In this document: positions 27,972 through 37,592 of the stretch, piece after piece
Layout of the letters: the number at the start of each line of letters is the position of its first letter
How positions within the stretch are numbered: position 1 is the first letter of the stretch
Virus record (IMG/VR): IMGVR_UViG_3300045988_114751
Coordinates: 1 to 64,000 of that record
From: a virus
Direction: 5' to 3' (one strand)
Length of the DNA: 64,000 nucleotides
Notes under the pieces: model-generated
What the model was told of the DNA's origin: nothing
Databases searched by the model: none
Seen by the model: the letters and a program-made list of their open reading frames with translations, nothing else
Made by a program: the position numbers and the translations under genes

Positions 27972-28685
27972 ATGTATATTAATTTCAGACAACTTGCAGC
28001 ATCAGACATGACTCCTAATGATCTTGCTAATCTTCTTGCCATAAGACAGAAGGATACGGTTATGATCGAAGCCATGCCGGAAGAAGATGCTGGGAGGTAT
28101 ATAGAGCTTGGCCTGGTTGAGAAATTAAAATCAGGCGTGATGAGATTGACCAACAAAGGAACGTCTTTTGTGAATTATATAGAGACACCGGAAATGACGG
28201 ATGAGGTTCTGGAAACGTTGAAGATTATGATAGGAATGTACGAATCATATTCGAAAGACATAGGTGTCAGCAGAAAAGAAGCAGAATCCAGGTTATGTTG
28301 GTTTATGGGTAACACTTCATTTAAGAAAGAGGTCATACTTCAGGTAACAGAATCTTATATAGCAGAGTCAGGAGATTACACAATGAGCTTATGCAACTTC
28401 ATATGGAAACCGCCCTCTCAGGCTTTTTCAGTCCATATGAACCTTAAAAACTCAAAGCTCTTTGACTTAATAGCTGAAAAATTTAAGATCGCTACCGAGC
28501 CTTATTTGGAGTCTAAGAGGAATAAGGAAATGGATTGGTTGTTTGCCGTATCTAAATTGCCTACGCCGCCGACTAAGGCTAATCCGGATTATTTATTTAC
28601 CGGAAGTTCGGAAACAGACAAAGAGCGATTGAAAAACATAAAAACGTATTTATTTAACAAAATTAGAAAGCAATGGAAAAAGTAA
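27972..28685 (+). CDS. hypothetical protein (237 aa)
   Basis: ORF track. Confidence 0.55.
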   Translation: MYINFRQLAASDMTPNDLANLLAIRQKDTVMIEAMPEEDAGRYIELGLVEKLKSGVMRLTNKGTSFVNYIETPEMTDEVLETLKIMIGMYESYSKDIGVSRKEAESRLCWFMGNTSFKKEVILQVTESYIAESGDYTMSLCNFIWKPPSQAFSVHMNLKNSKLFDLIAEKFKIATEPYLESKRNKEMDWLFAVSKLPTPPTKANPDYLFTGSSETDKERLKNIKTYLFNKIRKQWKK

Positions 28686-28933
28686 AAATCAGAGAGATAA
28701 TAGAGGATATAGTTATTACTCATTTTCTCTATTCAGTAATAGAGCTGGTTCATGAAGAAGATGTATCATTTGAAGAGCTTGAATTAGATTCTCTTGATAA
28801 AATTGAACTTGTGGTGGAGGTAGAAAAAGAGTTTGGTATTCTTATTTATGATAACGAGATGGATAATATTAAATCCATTAAAGATATGACTGATCTTGTT
28901 TACAAAATAAAAACAGAAGGACATGGGAAGTGA
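28673..28933 (+). CDS. Acyl carrier protein-like (86 aa)
   Basis: LELDSLDKIELVVEVEKEFGI matches the ACP helix-II phosphopantetheine-attachment motif (DSL with the conserved Ser). Confidence 0.65.
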   Translation: MEKVKIREIIEDIVITHFLYSVIELVHEEDVSFEELELDSLDKIELVVEVEKEFGILIYDNEMDNIKSIKDMTDLVYKIKTEGHGK

Positions 28934-29417
28934 TATAATTTTATGCATGGCTTTGATAGCATCATTTGCTTTTATCATACAATTCTTACTATCGGTGTTA
29001 GGGTCCGATTTAGATACAGATATTGATATTGATGATGCTTCGGATTTAAGTATGTCCTTATCAGACATCATATCATTTAAAGGGATCACACATTTTATTC
29101 TTGGATATAGTTGGACCACATACTTTTCAGGCTCTCATTTGGTAGGGGTCATAATAGGGTCATTTTTCTTTATCGTTTTGTTTTATGTATATAAGTTACT
29201 TCTTAAGCTAAAACAAGAAACAATATACGAATGCCCAGAAGATTTAAATGGTAGAGAAGTGGAAATAGTATTTAGATCAGGGAAAGATCATTATATGGTA
29301 AATATTACCAGAAATGGAAGACAGGAACAAATAAGGGTAAAATGCTTGTCTGGGAAAAATTACAAAAACGGTGACAAGGTGAATATGAAATACGAAGAAG
29401 GAGAATTAAGTATCTAA
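28923..29417 (+). CDS. NfeD-like (YuaF-like) membrane protein: N-terminal TM helices plus a C-terminal OB-fold beta-barrel
   Basis: Hydrophobic N-terminus; the C-terminal EVEIVFRSGKDHYMVNITRNGRQEQIRVK...GDKVNM pattern is typical of the short-form NfeD partner of SPFH proteins. Confidence 0.55.
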   Translation: MGSDIILCMALIASFAFIIQFLLSVLGSDLDTDIDIDDASDLSMSLSDIISFKGITHFILGYSWTTYFSGSHLVGVIIGSFFFIVLFYVYKLLLKLKQETIYECPEDLNGREVEIVFRSGKDHYMVNITRNGRQEQIRVKCLSGKNYKNGDKVNMKYEEGELSI

Positions 29418-29456
29418 TTTTTTTTTTTTATATCAACAAATTAAATTTTAAAAGTT

Positions 29457-31157
29457 ATGACAACAATTATGTATGTATCAGCAATTTTAGCTGTAGTGAT
29501 TATTTTGACGATCATCGGAGTCTTATCAAGGTATCGTAGATGTAAGCCTAATCAGGTATTGGTCGTTTATGGTAAGACAGGTGGGGAAAAGAAATCGGCG
29601 AAATTGTATCATGGTGGAGCAGCATTTGTATTGCCTATTATTCAAAGCTATGATATTTTGTCTATGGAACCTATGCAAATAGATTGCAGACTTACCGGCG
29701 CTTTGTCATCTCAAAATATCAGAGTGGATGTACCTACTACTATTACGGTAGCAATCAGCACAAATCCTGAAATCATGCAGAATGCAGCAGAAAGACTTTT
29801 GGGGATGGATACTGAATCTACTGAAAATCTTATTACGGATATCGTTTATGGCCAAATGCGTTTGATCATTGCTGAAATGACGATTGAAAAACTTAATTCT
29901 GACAGGGATGAGTTTTTAGACAAAGCAAGAAAGAACATTGATAACGAGCTTAACAAGTTGGGTCTTTACCTTTTGAATATTAACATCAGCGACATCAGGG
30001 ACGAAGCTGGCTATATCATGAATCTTGGCAAAGAAGCTGAAAGTAAGGCCCTGAACGAAGCACAGGCTAATATCGAAGAACAGGAAAAGCTGGGTGCTAT
30101 TAAAATTGCTGTACAACAGAAAGAAAAAGAAACGGCTGTAGCTAATACCCAAAAAGAACAAGAGATTCAAATTGCTTATACTGAAAAAGAAAAGGAAACG
30201 GTAGTAGCTGAAACAAGGAAAGAAAAAGAAGTAGCTTTGGCTTTAACAGACAAAGAAAAACAGATTGGTGTAGCCCAAGCAGACAGAGATAGGGCTGCGG
30301 TTATTGCAAAGACTTTGGCTGACAAAGAATCGGCGATCGCAAGATCTAAGGCAGAACTTGAGGTAAACAAAGCTGAGGCTGAAAGAATGGAAGAAGTCGG
30401 GAAGAATAAGGCTGAGGCTGATAAACAAGCAGCTATAGCAATCCAAGATTCCGAAGCTCAGATCAAGAAAGCTGAAGCTGAGAAAAACGCATCTGTGGGT
30501 TATAACAATGCCCAGAAAGAGGTTGCTATATCAGAATCAGAATTACAGGTTATCAAAGCTCAATCAGAAAAGAAGGCCGGAGAAGAGAGAGTTAAGTCGG
30601 AAGCGGCTGTAAAAACGGCAAAAGAGCTTGCTGATAAAGAAGTGGAAGAGGCTAAGGCTGAGAAAGTTCAAGCTGCGCTTCGAGCTGAAAAGATTGTGCC
30701 GGCTGAAACCCAGAAGCAAGAAGCCATTCTGCAAGCTGATGCTGAAGCAGAAAAGATTAAACGCCGGGCTGCCGCTGAAGCAGCAGCTAATTTGGCAAAA
30801 GCAGAAGCCGAAGCAAAGGCTATTAAGATGAAGTTGGAAGCAGAAGCCGAAGGTAAGAAAAAGTCGTTGATGGCAGAAGCAGAGGGATTTAAGGCTATGG
30901 TGGAAGCAGCAGAATCGAATCCTCAGATTGCTATCCAGTATAAGATGGTTAATCAGTGGAAAGAAATAGCCGGAGAACAGGTCAAGGCATTTGAACACAT
31001 TAATCTTGGAAATATTACGGTATTTGATGGAGGTCAGAATAGTACCGGTAATTTCCTTAACAATGTTGTTAAAACCGTTGCTCCGGCATTGGGAGTAATT
31101 GATCAGCTTCCTATTGCAGATACTTTAAAGAAGTTAAAAGGAGATGATAAGAAATAA
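29457..31157 (+). CDS. Flotillin-like SPFH/band-7 protein: N-terminal TM anchor, SPFH domain and a long Ala/Glu/Lys-rich coiled-coil
   Basis: TM MYVSAILAVVIILTIIGVL; SPFH core ...VDVPTTITVAI...QMRLIIAEMTIEKLNSDRDEF; EA-repeat region typical of FloT/YuaG. Confidence 0.75.
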   Translation: MTTIMYVSAILAVVIILTIIGVLSRYRRCKPNQVLVVYGKTGGEKKSAKLYHGGAAFVLPIIQSYDILSMEPMQIDCRLTGALSSQNIRVDVPTTITVAISTNPEIMQNAAERLLGMDTESTENLITDIVYGQMRLIIAEMTIEKLNSDRDEFLDKARKNIDNELNKLGLYLLNINISDIRDEAGYIMNLGKEAESKALNEAQANIEEQEKLGAIKIAVQQKEKETAVANTQKEQEIQIAYTEKEKETVVAETRKEKEVALALTDKEKQIGVAQADRDRAAVIAKTLADKESAIARSKAELEVNKAEAERMEEVGKNKAEADKQAAIAIQDSEAQIKKAEAEKNASVGYNNAQKEVAISESELQVIKAQSEKKAGEERVKSEAAVKTAKELADKEVEEAKAEKVQAALRAEKIVPAETQKQEAILQADAEAEKIKRRAAAEAAANLAKAEAEAKAIKMKLEAEAEGKKKSLMAEAEGFKAMVEAAESNPQIAIQYKMVNQWKEIAGEQVKAFEHINLGNITVFDGGQNSTGNFLNNVVKTVAPALGVIDQLPIADTLKKLKGDDKK

Positions 31158-31164
31158 ATGTAAC

Positions 31165-31186
31165 GGCCCAAGGTTAAACTTGGGCC
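31165..31186 (+). other. Perfect 8-bp GC-rich hairpin GGCCCAAG-GTTAAA-CTTGGGCC immediately 3' of the flotillin gene, with no U-tract; weak terminator or RNA-stability element
   Basis: Direct reading. Confidence 0.45.
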
Positions 31187-31221
31187 TAATTGAAGAACTA
31201 AAAAGGGGGATTATAGATTTT

Positions 31222-31296
31222 ATGCCAGCAGGAATAGTGATTTTTAGTGCTTCCTTATTTACGATATTTATAATATGGATTTCGGACAAGATTTAG
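31222..31296 (+). CDS. Micro-ORF, 24-aa hydrophobic peptide MPAGIVIFSASLFTIFIIWISDKI
   Basis: AAAAAGGGGGAT SD 8 nt upstream of the ATG; single TM-like span; below the ORF-track cutoff. Confidence 0.4.
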   Translation: MPAGIVIFSASLFTIFIIWISDKI

Positions 31297-31374
31297 AACC
31301 AGAAGAACTAACTGAACATTATGATCAGTGTTATGATATTGATTTTGAAACAAAAGAAGTAGAAGAAGAGGAAT

Positions 31375-31683
31375 ATGACTGACGAGGAATTTGCATTAGA
31401 TAATAAAAATGATAAGATAATTATCAAGAAAAAGATATCTTACTTAAGTAAGGGTGATAAGGTGTGGATCGTGTCTTCGGATGGGTATCTGTTGCACACA
31501 GACATTGTGCGTAGGGATCGTGGCAGATCTTATGTGGACATAGACGGGGTACTGTATTGGAAACGAGGATTGGATGGCAAACATCGTAATCGTAGCAACT
31601 ATATGCAGTTCGCCATGACACCAGAAGACGGTAAGAAGTATGTCGTATATTACCCAGAAGGATTTAAAGATAATGACTTATGA
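31375..31683 (+). CDS. hypothetical protein (102 aa)
   Basis: ORF track. Confidence 0.55.
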   Translation: MTDEEFALDNKNDKIIIKKKISYLSKGDKVWIVSSDGYLLHTDIVRRDRGRSYVDIDGVLYWKRGLDGKHRNRSNYMQFAMTPEDGKKYVVYYPEGFKDNDL

Positions 31684-32699
31684 TGGTCCCGGAAACACAT
31701 TTGCTATATAAGGAGTTTAATGGTGTGAAGCGTCTTGCTATATCTTATTCCCAGATAGATACGTTTTTAACATGCCCAATGAAATGGTATAAAACTTATA
31801 TAGAAGGAAAGAGATCTACAGAAAAGCAGGAGGCTACATCTTATGGTACGGTCATTCACAAGACATTGGAATACTTTTTTAAAAACGGGAAACAGCCTTC
31901 TGGTAAAGATCTTGGGGAAGCTATAAGTTACTATGCTTACCAAGAAGACATACCTTGGCAATCGCCAGAAAATATGATGATAGCCATGAAACAATCTGGA
32001 GAGCTTCTTGCTTGGATTGTGGATCTTTTTAAAAAAGACGGGAATAGGTTTATGATAGCTGATAGTGATCTTAATCCTTGTGAGAAACTTATAAGACATG
32101 GTGCTATAGTTGGAGTCGAAGAAGATTTTGTGCTGCCATACCGCCTTCCTAAGCCAGTTGATATAAATGGAACCGTTCATACTCATGTGTATATAGTGGG
32201 ATCGGTAGACCTTCATCTGGCTATAAAGAGCAAAGGAGTGATCCATCATTATGTCATAGATTGGAAATCGGGGAATAAGGTTTTTGATTCTAAGAAGCTG
32301 GAAACAAATTTACAGCATCCTATATATTCGTTTTACATCTATAGAAGATATGGTGGGGTTCTACCAGATATGAACATCTATTTCTTTACCAGGACAAGGC
32401 AGTACCAAAAGGTTAAAGTAGATGAAGAGCGTAAAACAAAATCTATAGAAATGCTAAATGACACTTTATCCAAAATGTATGATTTTGAAGATAATAGTGT
32501 AAAAACATTTCAAGCGTACATCCAGGGAGCAGAAGGAGCCAGGTATAGCAAGCGGCGTGCCACCCTAAGCGAGCCTGTTCCGCAAAACAAGCTGCCCTGC
32601 CCATCGGCACTGTGTTATTATTGTGACTTTGGATTACATAACAAAAATGAATGCCCTTTCTCTTCAGATTGGGATCCGTCTAAAAAGGTAAAACAATGA
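31680..32699 (+). CDS. Cas4/RecB-like PD-(D/E)xK exonuclease with a four-Cys (Fe-S type) cluster; phage-type recombination exonuclease
   Basis: N-terminal ...FLTCPMKWY; catalytic HHYVIDWKSG; C-terminal CPSALCYYCDFGLHNKNEC. Confidence 0.7.
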   Translation: MMVPETHLLYKEFNGVKRLAISYSQIDTFLTCPMKWYKTYIEGKRSTEKQEATSYGTVIHKTLEYFFKNGKQPSGKDLGEAISYYAYQEDIPWQSPENMMIAMKQSGELLAWIVDLFKKDGNRFMIADSDLNPCEKLIRHGAIVGVEEDFVLPYRLPKPVDINGTVHTHVYIVGSVDLHLAIKSKGVIHHYVIDWKSGNKVFDSKKLETNLQHPIYSFYIYRRYGGVLPDMNIYFFTRTRQYQKVKVDEERKTKSIEMLNDTLSKMYDFEDNSVKTFQAYIQGAEGARYSKRRATLSEPVPQNKLPCPSALCYYCDFGLHNKNECPFSSDWDPSKKVKQ

Positions 32700-32865
32700 A
32701 ATACGAAGACATTCAAAAGTTAAGAACAAAATACCGGCAAGATCCGGAAGTTATAAACATAGAAGACATGCGAAACGTTGCTGTAAGATGCGGGAATTTC
32801 AAGAAAGCATTTGAGCTTCAAGAAAAGCTGGAGGATATATGGTTTAACTACTTAAAAGGAATACA

Positions 32866-33186
32866 ATGAAAGAAGTTTTAATGGTTGGAGTAATGGCCTT
32901 TTTCTCATCATACTTGTTTATGACAGCTCTTATAAAAATAAGTAGAGCAGTAGATCGTTATAAGATGAAGAAGAAAACTGACAAAATCAAAGTTGGGCAA
33001 CGATATGAATCAAGAGCCTTCTTTATGGATCCGTATGAAAGAGGGAAGCATATTGTTAGGATACTGGATATAAACAACGGATATGCGTTGTATAAGTACG
33101 AATCTGGTTCTAATACGTTATATTCTACAGAACTTGAAGATATTGTTAAAAGATATGTTTTAATTACCGACGTTAAACACAAGTAA
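32866..33186 (+). CDS. hypothetical protein with an N-terminal TM helix (106 aa)
   Basis: ORF track. Confidence 0.5.
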   Translation: MKEVLMVGVMAFFSSYLFMTALIKISRAVDRYKMKKKTDKIKVGQRYESRAFFMDPYERGKHIVRILDINNGYALYKYESGSNTLYSTELEDIVKRYVLITDVKHK

Positions 33187-33189
33187 GTC

Positions 33190-33567
33190 ATGAAAAAAGA
33201 AGTTACAATCAAGGAGGACATGGCTGCGTTTTATAAAAATGCAGGGAAGAAAATATGGTTTTATTTTGGACTTTTAAAGAATAAAGTGTTGTCTATAAAA
33301 AAAGATAGCGCCATTATTATGTGTGAAACCGATGCCGAATACAGTGTATTGGTAGAAGATGGTCATTTTTTTTCTATTGCAAAAAAAATGGAATATGATT
33401 ATCGTTGTGCAACGACATTAGGAAGAGCCAATTGCCGCAAGGAGAAAATGGGTATATCATGTAGTGTGTGCCTATTTAAAGATGACGAAAACAAGGCAAG
33501 AGAAATGTTTAAAAAGGCGATAATGAAACTTTCAGAAGACAGTAAAATCGATTGCGATGGGCTTTGA
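33190..33567 (+). CDS. hypothetical protein (125 aa)
   Basis: ORF track. Confidence 0.5.
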   Translation: MKKEVTIKEDMAAFYKNAGKKIWFYFGLLKNKVLSIKKDSAIIMCETDAEYSVLVEDGHFFSIAKKMEYDYRCATTLGRANCRKEKMGISCSVCLFKDDENKAREMFKKAIMKLSEDSKIDCDGL

Positions 33568-34978
33568 ACTTAGACCTTACCAAAAAGAAGCAGTAGATGC
33601 CGGGCTTAAGTTTCTCACGGGAAGACCTAAGAAGCCTGGCATAATCGTAGCCCCATGCGGATCAGGAAAGAGCCTTCTAATATCCAAGATAGCGCATGAG
33701 ATAAATAGACCGACGTTAGTATTGCAGCCCTCGAAAGAGATTCTGGAACAGAATTATGCAAAGGCTACATCATTTGGATCTGAGCCGACCATATACTCTG
33801 CTTCATGTGGAAAAAAAGAGTTATCATCCATGACCTACGCCACACTTAAAAGCATAAAGAAAGACGTAGCAAGGCTGAAAGATATAGGGATAGACACGTT
33901 GTTAATAGACGAATGTCATGCAGGGTATTCACCTGAAGAAGGTTCGGAATTTATGGAATTTATGAGCGAATTTCCACAGGCAAAAGTGCTGGGCTTCACC
34001 GCCACCCCCTGCCGCCTCAGAGCCTACAGTTCCATGCTGGAAGGAAACTACAGCAAACTTAATATGCTGACAAAAGACGAGCATAACTTCTTCAAGAAGT
34101 TAGTTCATGTAATACAAATACAAGAGCTAACTTCTCAAGGTTTTTGGTGTCCACTTAAGTACGAACGATGGTCATTTGATGAATCGGCTCTGATGTTAAA
34201 CAGTACCGGAGCTGAATATACCAATGAATCTATTAAAGAAAGCATTGTACGAAATGGCTTAAACAACTCTATCTACAAGCGCCTTCTTCAGCTTATGAAC
34301 GAGCGTAAAGCCATTTTGGTCTGTATGGATTCTGTCGAATCATGTAATAGAATATCAGAGTTCATGAATGCCAAAATGGGAACCATAACCGGTGTCGTAA
34401 CATCATTAACAACCAAAAAGAAAAGAGAACAAATTATATCCGATTTCAAGGAAGGTAAGCTAAAGGTAGTTTTTAATTATTCAACGCTCGCTACAGGATT
34501 TGATTTTCCTGAACTTGATTGTGTGATGTTTGGGCGTCCGACATTCTCATATTCAACATATTACCAGATATTAGGCCGTGCAGTACGCATCCATCCTGAC
34601 AAGAAAGAGGCACTGATAGTTGATTGCTGCGACAACATGAGACGCTTTGGTCGGATAGAAGACTTGACAATCGAACAATTCCCTTCTAAGGGCTGGTGTA
34701 TGTTTGCCGGCGATCAACTTCTGTCCAATATAAGGATGGGGGATATTATTACCAAAGACGAGATCCTTCGTCGGGCAGCCTCGCTTAAATCTGTGAATGG
34801 AGATGGTAGGAGAGAAGACGATCTTGACAGCATAATAATGTGGTTTGGTAAATATGAAGGGATTAGATTCAAGGACATACCGGTGTCGTATTTTAGGTTC
34901 TTGGCTGAGAATATGGCAGTAAAACCAGGAGATAGAAAAGAAAAGATTATCGAATATTATAATAGAATAAAAGCATGA
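33557..34978 (+). CDS. Superfamily 2 DEAD/DEAH-box DNA helicase
   Basis: Motif I APCGSGKS; motif II LIDECH; motif III GFTATP; motif VI YQILGRAVR. Confidence 0.85.
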   Translation: MGFELRPYQKEAVDAGLKFLTGRPKKPGIIVAPCGSGKSLLISKIAHEINRPTLVLQPSKEILEQNYAKATSFGSEPTIYSASCGKKELSSMTYATLKSIKKDVARLKDIGIDTLLIDECHAGYSPEEGSEFMEFMSEFPQAKVLGFTATPCRLRAYSSMLEGNYSKLNMLTKDEHNFFKKLVHVIQIQELTSQGFWCPLKYERWSFDESALMLNSTGAEYTNESIKESIVRNGLNNSIYKRLLQLMNERKAILVCMDSVESCNRISEFMNAKMGTITGVVTSLTTKKKREQIISDFKEGKLKVVFNYSTLATGFDFPELDCVMFGRPTFSYSTYYQILGRAVRIHPDKKEALIVDCCDNMRRFGRIEDLTIEQFPSKGWCMFAGDQLLSNIRMGDIITKDEILRRAASLKSVNGDGRREDDLDSIIMWFGKYEGIRFKDIPVSYFRFLAENMAVKPGDRKEKIIEYYNRIKA

Positions 34979-35331
34979 ACGACAAGAGAAGAAAAAAAAT
35001 ATTGGGTGTTATTAAAAACGTAAATAAGTATAAAACAGATTTTGAATACATCAAATCAAAGTTATCGGAGTTGAAGTATAACATAAATTCAGCCAAGGAT
35101 GATGTTGATATGATTTTAGATGAAGAGACTGAGGCGAGAGATAATATACCGGAATCGCTACAAGACTCAGGAAGATATTGGGAATCAGATCAAGCTGTAG
35201 CTGATATGGAAGAGGTGGTTGATGACATGGAAGGTATTATAAATGATTTAGATGATGTGATTTCAACCATAGATGGGAGTATTAAAACCATAAATGGTTC
35301 TATTAAAGTGAATTTGGAAGGAGTAATATGA
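34975..35331 (+). CDS. hypothetical acidic protein (118 aa)
   Basis: ORF track; ATGA overlap. Confidence 0.5.
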   Translation: MNDKRRKKILGVIKNVNKYKTDFEYIKSKLSELKYNINSAKDDVDMILDEETEARDNIPESLQDSGRYWESDQAVADMEEVVDDMEGIINDLDDVISTIDGSIKTINGSIKVNLEGVI

Positions 35332-35619
35332 ATGGAAACAAATGAATTAAGAGAGATACTTAAATTGTATGATCTTCAACATGATGTTGTTATCAATAAA
35401 AGTTCAAGAAGATATTCTATTATCTTAGATAATAACATAATAGGAACCAATCACGCTGAAGAGAGGGTGGTTGTATTCCGTCCTATACCAGAAGGGAAGA
35501 ACACGTTCTGCATGGAACGAGATAGGTTCTATACGGAGTTTGAAGAGGCTTTTGATGATGATAAGGCTATAGAAGCCGTAAGACAATATTTTGAAAACAA
35601 TAAAAACAGAAAGTCATGA
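35332..35619 (+). CDS. hypothetical protein (95 aa)
   Basis: ORF track. Confidence 0.5.
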   Translation: METNELREILKLYDLQHDVVINKSSRRYSIILDNNIIGTNHAEERVVVFRPIPEGKNTFCMERDRFYTEFEEAFDDDKAIEAVRQYFENNKNRKS

Positions 35620-35807
35620 ACGAAAACGAAATATTTAGGTTGAAGGGCAGAATCGCTATATCCAATCTATCACGTGAGGACAAAGATATGATAAATAGCA
35701 TCCTTGATGGTGTCAACAAAAAGGATGAAGAGGAAAAAGGATATATCTATACCGTGAGAGTAAAACTAAACAACGGAAAGGATTCATATGCTACTTTATT
35801 TTTTTAA
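35616..35807 (+). CDS. hypothetical protein (63 aa)
   Basis: ORF track; ATGA overlap. Confidence 0.45.
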   Translation: MNENEIFRLKGRIAISNLSREDKDMINSILDGVNKKDEEEKGYIYTVRVKLNNGKDSYATLFF

Positions 35808-36002
35808 AGAAAGACAGGTCCCACATTTGAAGATTTAAAGAAGGTTCTTAATGATATGGGGGGTTAAAAGTGATGATTATAACAATAACGGTATAATTAT
35901 CATTAACCGCATTGTTATGAGCGGAGAAGAATTTGATCTCTTTATAAAAGAAAAATGATGGACTATATTATTATATCAAATAATTAAAACGACGACAAAA
36001 CA

Positions 36003-36746
36003 ATGGAAAAGATGGATGATATTATTATACCAAAGGGGGAAAGAGTGGTTATTAACAAAGATGTTCATGCTTATAAAACATTAGTAGCCCAAAAAGGACT
36101 TAAGGTAGTGTGTGAAAAAGATATCAAAAAGGGAGATAAGGAGGCTACGCTGTCGTATGAAGGTCGTATGGAAATCGATATACCAATTGAATATATACTA
36201 AAGAGTAATAATATCCTTTTCAAAGAGGGGGAATTGCTTTTTGTTAAAAAGGATTATTCTTTTAAAGATAACATTGTTCCTGGAGGAGCTATAGTTGAGT
36301 TGGCGGAAGATGTCTATAATGTAGATGTTATGGCTGTCATATATTATGAAGGGGGGAAGACTTGTATGCCCTTAGAATTATTAGAACCTGTTAGTTCAGA
36401 AAAAGGCAATAGTGAAAAAGAAGGGAAATCAGTGAAAAATGACATCATTGATGATAAACTACGATGGGATTTGCTTCCGATGGAAGAAATTGAGGACATT
36501 GTAAAAGTCTATCATGCCGGAGCTAAGAAATATGGGCCTAATAATTGGCAGAATCTTGACAACGGCTTTGAACGGTACCGCGCTGCAATGTTTAGACATC
36601 TGATAGAATACATGAAAGGAGAAAGAGTGGATTCTGATACAGGATGTTTTCATCTTGCACAATGCGCATGGAACTGTATAGCTATGCTGTGGTATGATAA
36701 GCACGGAAAAGGATTAACGTCTTTAAACAAGGAGGAAAAGAAATGA
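36003..36746 (+). CDS. Two-domain protein: N-terminal ~140-aa domain of unknown function plus a C-terminal phage dATP/dGTP pyrophosphohydrolase-like (DUF5664-type) domain
   Basis: C-terminal LRWDLLP...GAKKYGPNNW...RHLIEY..GE..D..G.FHLAQCAWN matches the remembered RWDLLP/KYG..NW/HLAAAAWN signature of that family. Confidence 0.5.
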   Translation: MEKMDDIIIPKGERVVINKDVHAYKTLVAQKGLKVVCEKDIKKGDKEATLSYEGRMEIDIPIEYILKSNNILFKEGELLFVKKDYSFKDNIVPGGAIVELAEDVYNVDVMAVIYYEGGKTCMPLELLEPVSSEKGNSEKEGKSVKNDIIDDKLRWDLLPMEEIEDIVKVYHAGAKKYGPNNWQNLDNGFERYRAAMFRHLIEYMKGERVDSDTGCFHLAQCAWNCIAMLWYDKHGKGLTSLNKEEKK

Positions 36747-37054
36747 CAAGAGAGCAACTAAATTATTTATGGGAAAAAGAGCTTCGTGCTATAAAAAATC
36801 ATAAAGACAATATTGATAGAATCAAAAAAGAATATTTTGATTCCAATTATGGGTTAAAGGAAGGAGATAAGATCCGTATTTTACATGAAGCAGGAGATGA
36901 AATGACAGGCTTCTTTAAAAAAGCTAAAGTCTACGAAGACGGAGATCTGTACTTGACAATCCAAAATCAGAACGAAAAAGGTGGCAAAGGTAGAGGAACA
37001 TGGGACATCTATCTATCATCAAAATCAATTAAAATAGAAAAATTATCAGATTAA
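36743..37054 (+). CDS. hypothetical protein (103 aa)
   Basis: ORF track. Confidence 0.5.
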   Translation: MTREQLNYLWEKELRAIKNHKDNIDRIKKEYFDSNYGLKEGDKIRILHEAGDEMTGFFKKAKVYEDGDLYLTIQNQNEKGGKGRGTWDIYLSSKSIKIEKLSD

Positions 37055-37061
37055 TAACGAT

Positions 37062-37592
37062 ATGATTAAAGCAAGATTTTATATTAAAAAATCCGACTGC
37101 GGTAACGACTACCGTCCAGTCAAATGGCCTATAAAATATCCATATTGGTGTAGTGGTAAATCCGATGATTCATTCATACTTGTAGCGTATGCCGAAGACG
37201 AAGACAACATAAAAGAGCTGTGGCCGGAAGCATACGATATTAATGTCTTAGAAAAAGATACTGAGGTTAAATTCACATCAAGATTTCCTAAGCCGGGATG
37301 GTATGAATTGTATGAAAAGGAATTAGAAGAATATGGTACATTTGTGTGGGTTACAGACACATGTCTGCAAGATGGTAAAATAAGAAAAGTAAAAGCTAAA
37401 ATAGAAGATTATGATGGTACTTTATTAGCCGATACCCCTGACCGGTACACTCCTTATACGATAGGATATCAAGCTTTTAAAAGCAAAGAAGAAGCTTTGA
37501 AATGTGCAGAGGAACAGAGAACTGACTTAATTAAGTCTCTTAAGTTACAAATACATGAACTTGAAAATCTAAAATTTGAGTGCGATGATTAA
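37062..37592 (+). CDS. hypothetical protein (176 aa)
   Basis: ORF track. Confidence 0.55.
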   Translation: MIKARFYIKKSDCGNDYRPVKWPIKYPYWCSGKSDDSFILVAYAEDEDNIKELWPEAYDINVLEKDTEVKFTSRFPKPGWYELYEKELEEYGTFVWVTDTCLQDGKIRKVKAKIEDYDGTLLADTPDRYTPYTIGYQAFKSKEEALKCAEEQRTDLIKSLKLQIHELENLKFECDD

